This document shows positions 63,023-64,000 of a stretch of DNA of 64,000 nucleotides, in pieces. How positions within the stretch are numbered: position 1 is the first letter of the stretch; each line of letters starts with the position of its first letter. The translations under genes were made by a program, and so were the position numbers. Source of the DNA: Pristiophorus japonicus (Eukaryota). Location: the NCBI RefSeq assembly GCF_044704955.1, contig NC_091999.1, forward strand, positions 13,950,001 to 14,014,000, read 5' to 3'. Below the pieces are notes generated by a model. It saw only the letters and a program-made list of their open reading frames with translations. It did not search any database and was not told the DNA's origin.

Positions 63023-63105
63023 TACCAGGAGTGGGGTTCGAACCAACGCGGGCATAAACCCATTAGATCTTAAGTCCAACGCCTTTATCACTCGGCCATC
63101 CTGGT
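63023..63105 (-). tRNA. tRNA-Leu(TAA), best-preserved copy
   Basis: ACCAGGATGGCCGAGTGATAAAGGCGTTGGACTTAAGATCTAATGG...TGGTTCGAACCCCACTCCTGGTA; D-loop G19 and T-stem mismatches. Confidence 0.88.
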
Positions 63106-63639
63106 CCTGATCCTGTCAGTGGTTGGACTCTGCCTCTGTGAGAATCTGGGCTTCAGCTCCAGCCATACAGCGACACACAGACACATCGGATTTCAGGGAG
63201 CATTTCGGAACATTTTTCGTTATATTGACACGGGCGCAGCTCTCCGATTCTTTTTCGACTATGGCTCTGGGAACTTTCACATCCACCCGAGGGGGCAGAT
63301 GGAGCTTCAATTTAAAATTTCAGCCGATGGTCAACAGCTTCAACAATGCAAAATTCCCCAAGTACTGCATTTGAGTGTCAGCCAAGATTATGGGTTCAAG
63401 TCTCAGGAGTGGGACTTACACACACAACCTCCTGATTCAGTCGAGAATGGAGCCACTGAACCAAAACCGATACCAAAGTTCACAACCGTATTATTTTCCC
63501 CAAGTTTTTTAAAAACATTCCAGGACGTACCAAATTCATGGTGATGATTTCCACAGACAGTTGCACATACACAGAGACATACATACAGATAGACATGCAC
63601 AGACACACGCACACACAATAACCAAAAATATACATGCAT

Positions 63640-64000
63640 CAACATAGAAACATAGAAATTAGGTGCAGGAATATGCCATTCGGCCCTTCGAGCCTGCACC
63701 ACCATTCAATAACATCATGGCTGATCATTCAACCTCAGTACCCCTCTCCATACCCCTTCATCCCTTTAGCCGTAAGGGCAATATCTAACTCCCTTTTGAA
63801 TATATCTAACGAACTGGCCTCAATGACTTTCTGCAGTAGAAAATTTCACAGGTTAACCACTCTCTGGGTGAAGACGTTTCTCCTCATCTCGTTTCTAAAT
63901 GGCTCACCCCTTACTCTTAGATTGTGATCCTTAGTCTCGAACTCCCCAGCAGCGAGAACATTCTTCCAGCCTCTAAGCTGTCCATCTCGTCAGATTTCTT
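63640..64000 (-). mobile_element. CR1 3' end, runs off the window
   Basis: aacatagaaacatagaaa tail and antisense ORF2 C-terminus. Confidence 0.9.

Larger units (their letters stand above)
56770..63640 (-). repeat. Tandem tRNA-gene array, unit about 2.38 kb, about 2.4 units visible
   Basis: tRNA-Leu at 56970, 60645 and 63023, each with the same flanks, SINE remnant and GA-rich spacer. Confidence 0.88.

Overview
Repeat-dense, intron-containing vertebrate DNA, almost certainly from a cartilaginous fish (shark or ray), judged from the shark-type IgM exons, the CR1 subfamilies and a SacSINE1/DeuSINE-type element. I found no intact protein-coding gene. In order, the window holds: (1) a CpG-rich promoter-like module with 54-bp repeats, many CR1 LINE pieces, a solo LTR and a C2H2 zinc-finger pseudogene exon (0.8-13.1 kb); (2) a 67-bp satellite, a second copy of the promoter module and a 2-kb C-rich minisatellite (16.6-21.4 kb); (3) a complete but pseudogenised IgM heavy-chain constant cassette (Cmu1-4, secretory tail, TM1, TM2; 22.0-29.8 kb) with no recognisable V, D or J in the 22 kb upstream; (4) three defective LTR/endogenous-retrovirus-like elements, each with a different tRNA primer-binding site (33.8-41.5 kb and 49.6-53.5 kb); (5) a two-exon GPR139-like GPCR pseudogene (44.3-46.9 kb); (6) a decaying tandem array of tRNA-Leu/Ser/Asp genes with a unit of about 2.4 kb (56.8-63.6 kb). 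The most unusual arrangement is the V(D)J-less Cmu cassette lying downstream of a duplicated promoter/first-exon module whose splice donor is in phase with the CH exons, with AID-hotspot-rich tandem repeats nearby. Any function for this is a hypothesis. Repeat boundaries were read by eye and are approximate.
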